This document shows, piece after piece, positions 62,580 through 63,722 of a stretch of DNA of 63,722 bases. The DNA comes from Octopus bimaculoides (lineage: Eukaryota): positions 50,999,944-51,063,665 of the forward strand of contig NC_068994.1 in assembly GCF_001194135.2 (NCBI RefSeq). The letters run 5' to 3'. The notes under the pieces are model-generated. The model saw only the letters and a program-made list of their open reading frames with translations, did no database searches and had not been told where the DNA came from. Each line of letters begins with the position of its first letter. Within the stretch, counting starts at the first letter, position 1. Both the position numbers and the translations under genes were made by a program.

Positions 62580-62650
62580 TTACTACTGATACATTTGGTG
62601 ACGATGAAGTTGAGCAGAAAGTTACTGAGTCACTGAGAAAGCTTTCATAA
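47292..62650 (+). CDS. PUS1: tRNA pseudouridine synthase 1 (TruA family), 17 coding exons
   Basis: [19 protein letters not shown], catalytic motif [84 protein letters not shown] and SMLNWL..L..H appear in the family order with continuous phase. Confidence 0.95.
47596..47914 (+). mobile_element. tRNA-head SINE with V-domain-like segment and poly-A tail (related: 20180-20430)
   Basis: TGGCCCAGTGGTTAGGGCAG A box, GGTTTCGGTTCCC B-like box, GCTGCGATGGACTGGCGTCCGGTCCAG. Confidence 0.75.
48111..48320. mobile_element. Tc1/mariner-type MITE (second copy 61351-61571, fragment 5852-5890)
   Basis: TA-CGAGGGGCTGCTGAAAAGTTCCT ... AGGAACTTTTCAGAAGCCCCCTC terminal inverted repeats. Confidence 0.8.
48541..48587 (+). 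CDS. PUS1: PUS1 coding exon 2, 3' part ([15 protein letters not shown]); 5' part in or before the N gap 48405-48540
   Basis: aaa|gtgagt phase-0 donor matches the next exon. Confidence 0.7.
49423..49517 (+). CDS. PUS1: PUS1 exon ([31 protein letters not shown])
   Basis: AG/GT boundaries; TruA N-terminal motif. Confidence 0.93.
49909..50002 (+). CDS. PUS1: PUS1 exon ([31 protein letters not shown])
   Basis: ttctag acceptor, gtaagt donor; TIE.EL..AL motif. Confidence 0.93.
51531..51599 (+). CDS. PUS1: PUS1 catalytic exon ([23 protein letters not shown])
   Basis: ttttcag acceptor; RTDKGV with the catalytic Asp; 3' boundary inferred at aag|ATAAGT. Confidence 0.9.
51600..52364 (+). other. Non-canonical AT-AC intron with U2-like donor (inferred)
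   Basis: Begins ATAAGT and ends with a long U-rich tract plus TTTAC; phase 0 joins SLK|[17 protein letters not shown]; no AG within about 45 nt of the exon. Confidence 0.7.
52365..52434 (+). CDS. PUS1: PUS1 exon ([24 protein letters not shown])
   Basis: L-N-x-x-L-P-x-x-I-R-I-L-G motif; gtaagt donor; AC acceptor. Confidence 0.88.
53187..53287 (+). CDS. PUS1: PUS1 exon ([33 protein letters not shown])
   Basis: ttgtag acceptor, gtatgt donor. Confidence 0.93.
53590..53617 (+). CDS. PUS1: PUS1 28-nt exon (NVVLDYRID)
   Basis: ttccag acceptor, gtaagc donor; bridges phase 0 to phase 1; Y-R-I motif. Confidence 0.85.
54453..54531 (+). CDS. PUS1: PUS1 exon ([25 protein letters not shown])
   Basis: tttcag acceptor, gtaaga donor; GTHNFHNFT motif. 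Confidence 0.95.
56021..56180. repeat. 30-33-bp minisatellite emerging from an N gap
   Basis: GTGCTGCCACTACCGTGCA(CCA)nCTGCTGAG x4. Confidence 0.9.
56304..56349 (+). CDS. PUS1: PUS1 exon ([15 protein letters not shown])
   Basis: gtttag acceptor, gtaagt donor; DPSA.RYI motif. Confidence 0.92.
56699..56792 (+). CDS. PUS1: PUS1 exon ([31 protein letters not shown])
   Basis: tttcag acceptor, gtatgc donor; GQSFM.H.IRKM motif. Confidence 0.95.
57098..57168 (+). CDS. PUS1: PUS1 exon ([23 protein letters not shown])
   Basis: ttccag acceptor, gtaagt donor. Confidence 0.92.
57370..57732 (+). mobile_element. 5'-truncated RTE-like 3' UTR copy (others about 5920-6155, 11530-11758, 17220-17540, 23196-23370, 25470-25745, 27990-28510, 54958-55365)
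   Basis: Shared GGCGTTAGGAAGGGCATCCAGC...TCGTCCAACCCATGCTAGCATGGAAAGCGGACGTTAAAC(GAT)n. Confidence 0.85.
58130..58174 (+). CDS. PUS1: PUS1 exon ([15 protein letters not shown])
   Basis: ttacag acceptor, gtaaag donor; [10 protein letters not shown] motif. Confidence 0.95.
59110..59184 (+). CDS. PUS1: PUS1 exon ([25 protein letters not shown])
   Basis: atctag acceptor, gtaagt donor. Confidence 0.93.
60116..60186 (+). CDS. PUS1: PUS1 exon ([23 protein letters not shown])
   Basis: tcttag acceptor; donor GTATCCTT (U12 type). Confidence 0.9.
60187..61978 (+). other. U12-type (minor spliceosome) GT-AG intron
   Basis: 5' GTATCCTTAA; perfect branch site TTCCTTAAC at 61960-61968, 10 nt before the CAG end; phase 2 conserved (TC|A = Ser). 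Confidence 0.92.
61979..62111 (+). CDS. PUS1: PUS1 exon ([44 protein letters not shown])
   Basis: SM..WL..L..H motif; agt|gtaagt donor at 62112 (alternative donor at 62038). Confidence 0.85.
62405..62650 (+). CDS. PUS1: PUS1 last coding exon with (ACT)n-encoded Thr-rich tail (GPADANE...T-runs...[10 protein letters not shown])
   Basis: Long pyrimidine tract plus cag acceptor; 246 nt open to TAA. Confidence 0.75.
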
Positions 62651-63722
62651 TAATAATGATAATAATAATAACAACAACAGTAGTAGTAACAATCATAAGG
62701 ATAATCATATAATGATGGTGATGATGATTTGTAAAAAAGACTTACTGGAAAAAGGAAAAAAAAAACCTGAATCATTAAAAATTGTTTTTTAAAAAAATAT
62801 TTTCTTCATAAATTTTAAAGGACAAATTTTGTGTTGGGATTCATTTTAGTTTTTAAAAATCTTTATCGTTTTAGTTCAGTGGTTCTTAACCTGGGTTTTT
62901 ATGACCCTTGAGGGGGTCATATAAGATTTTGTTGTTAGAATTTATAAATTTTAGGTGCGGGTGTGGTTATAGGCGCAGGTCTGGCTGTGTTGTATGAAGT
63001 TTGCTTCCAAACCACGTGGTTGTGGGTTCAGACCCACTGTGTAGCATCTTGGACGAGTGTCTTCTATTATAACCCTCGGGCTGACCAAAGCCGTGAATGG
63101 ATTTCACAGATGAAAACTGAAAGAAATCCGTTGTATATCGAAGTGTGTGTCTGTGTTTGTCCCCTTCCAACACTTGACAACTGGTGTTGGTATGTTTATG
63201 TCCCTATAAAGAAGCCAGGCCCGTGCCATCAGTAATTACTCAGGGTAGGCAGTCGATGATGTTTATGTAGTAAAACCCACAAAAAAAATAAGTGAAACAC
63301 AGCCGCGAGAGTGAAACGGGTATAATAACGATATTGATTAACAGAGGAAAAAACAGTTGATACAATTAGCCAATGACAACAACAACGATAACAATAATAA
63401 TCCTTTCTATCGACTCCGAGAGGATGAAAAGCAAAGTCGACCTCGGCGGAATTTGAACTCAGAACGTAGCGGCAGACGAAATACCGGTGAGCCTTTCGCC
63501 CGGCGTGCTTTACGATTCTGCCAGCTCGCCGCCTGAATAATAATAATAATTTTTTCTGCTATAGGCACAAGGCCTGAAGTATTGGGGGAGGGGTTAAGTG
63601 GATTACAGCAGTCCCAATACTCAACTGGTATTTAATTTAACGACCCCGAAAGGATGAAAGGCAAAGTCGACATCAGCGACATTTGAACTCAGAACGTAGC
63701 GACGGGCGACATACTGCTAAGC

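Overview
Eukaryotic (animal) draft-assembly scaffold with many N gaps, AT-rich and dense in microsatellites and SINEs. The repeat families look like an octopod cephalopod (inference). Two multi-exon RNA-processing genes lie head-to-head. NOP14 is on the minus strand: 20 coding exons reconstructed by hand with continuous phase, about 822 aa, with the C-terminal exon(s) beyond the left edge. A TruA-family pseudouridine synthase, PUS1, is on the plus strand: 17 coding exons, one partly inside a gap, at least 479 aa. Most notable observations: (1) a PUS1 intron that only fits as AT-AC, with a major-spliceosome-like ATAAGT donor; (2) a textbook U12 GT-AG intron in the same gene, with a stop-generating upstream acceptor; (3) an unassigned 70-aa exon-like ORF in the region upstream of the PUS1 coding exons; (4) two in-frame PUS1 starts suggesting mitochondrial and nuclear isoforms; (5) a nad1 NUMT; (6) a degenerate Penelope-type minimal hammerhead; (7) a NOP14 acceptor formed by a SINE (TTA)n tail. 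All exon calls come from reading splice signals, frame and remembered family motifs. No alignment or database search was run. Repeat boundaries are approximate.
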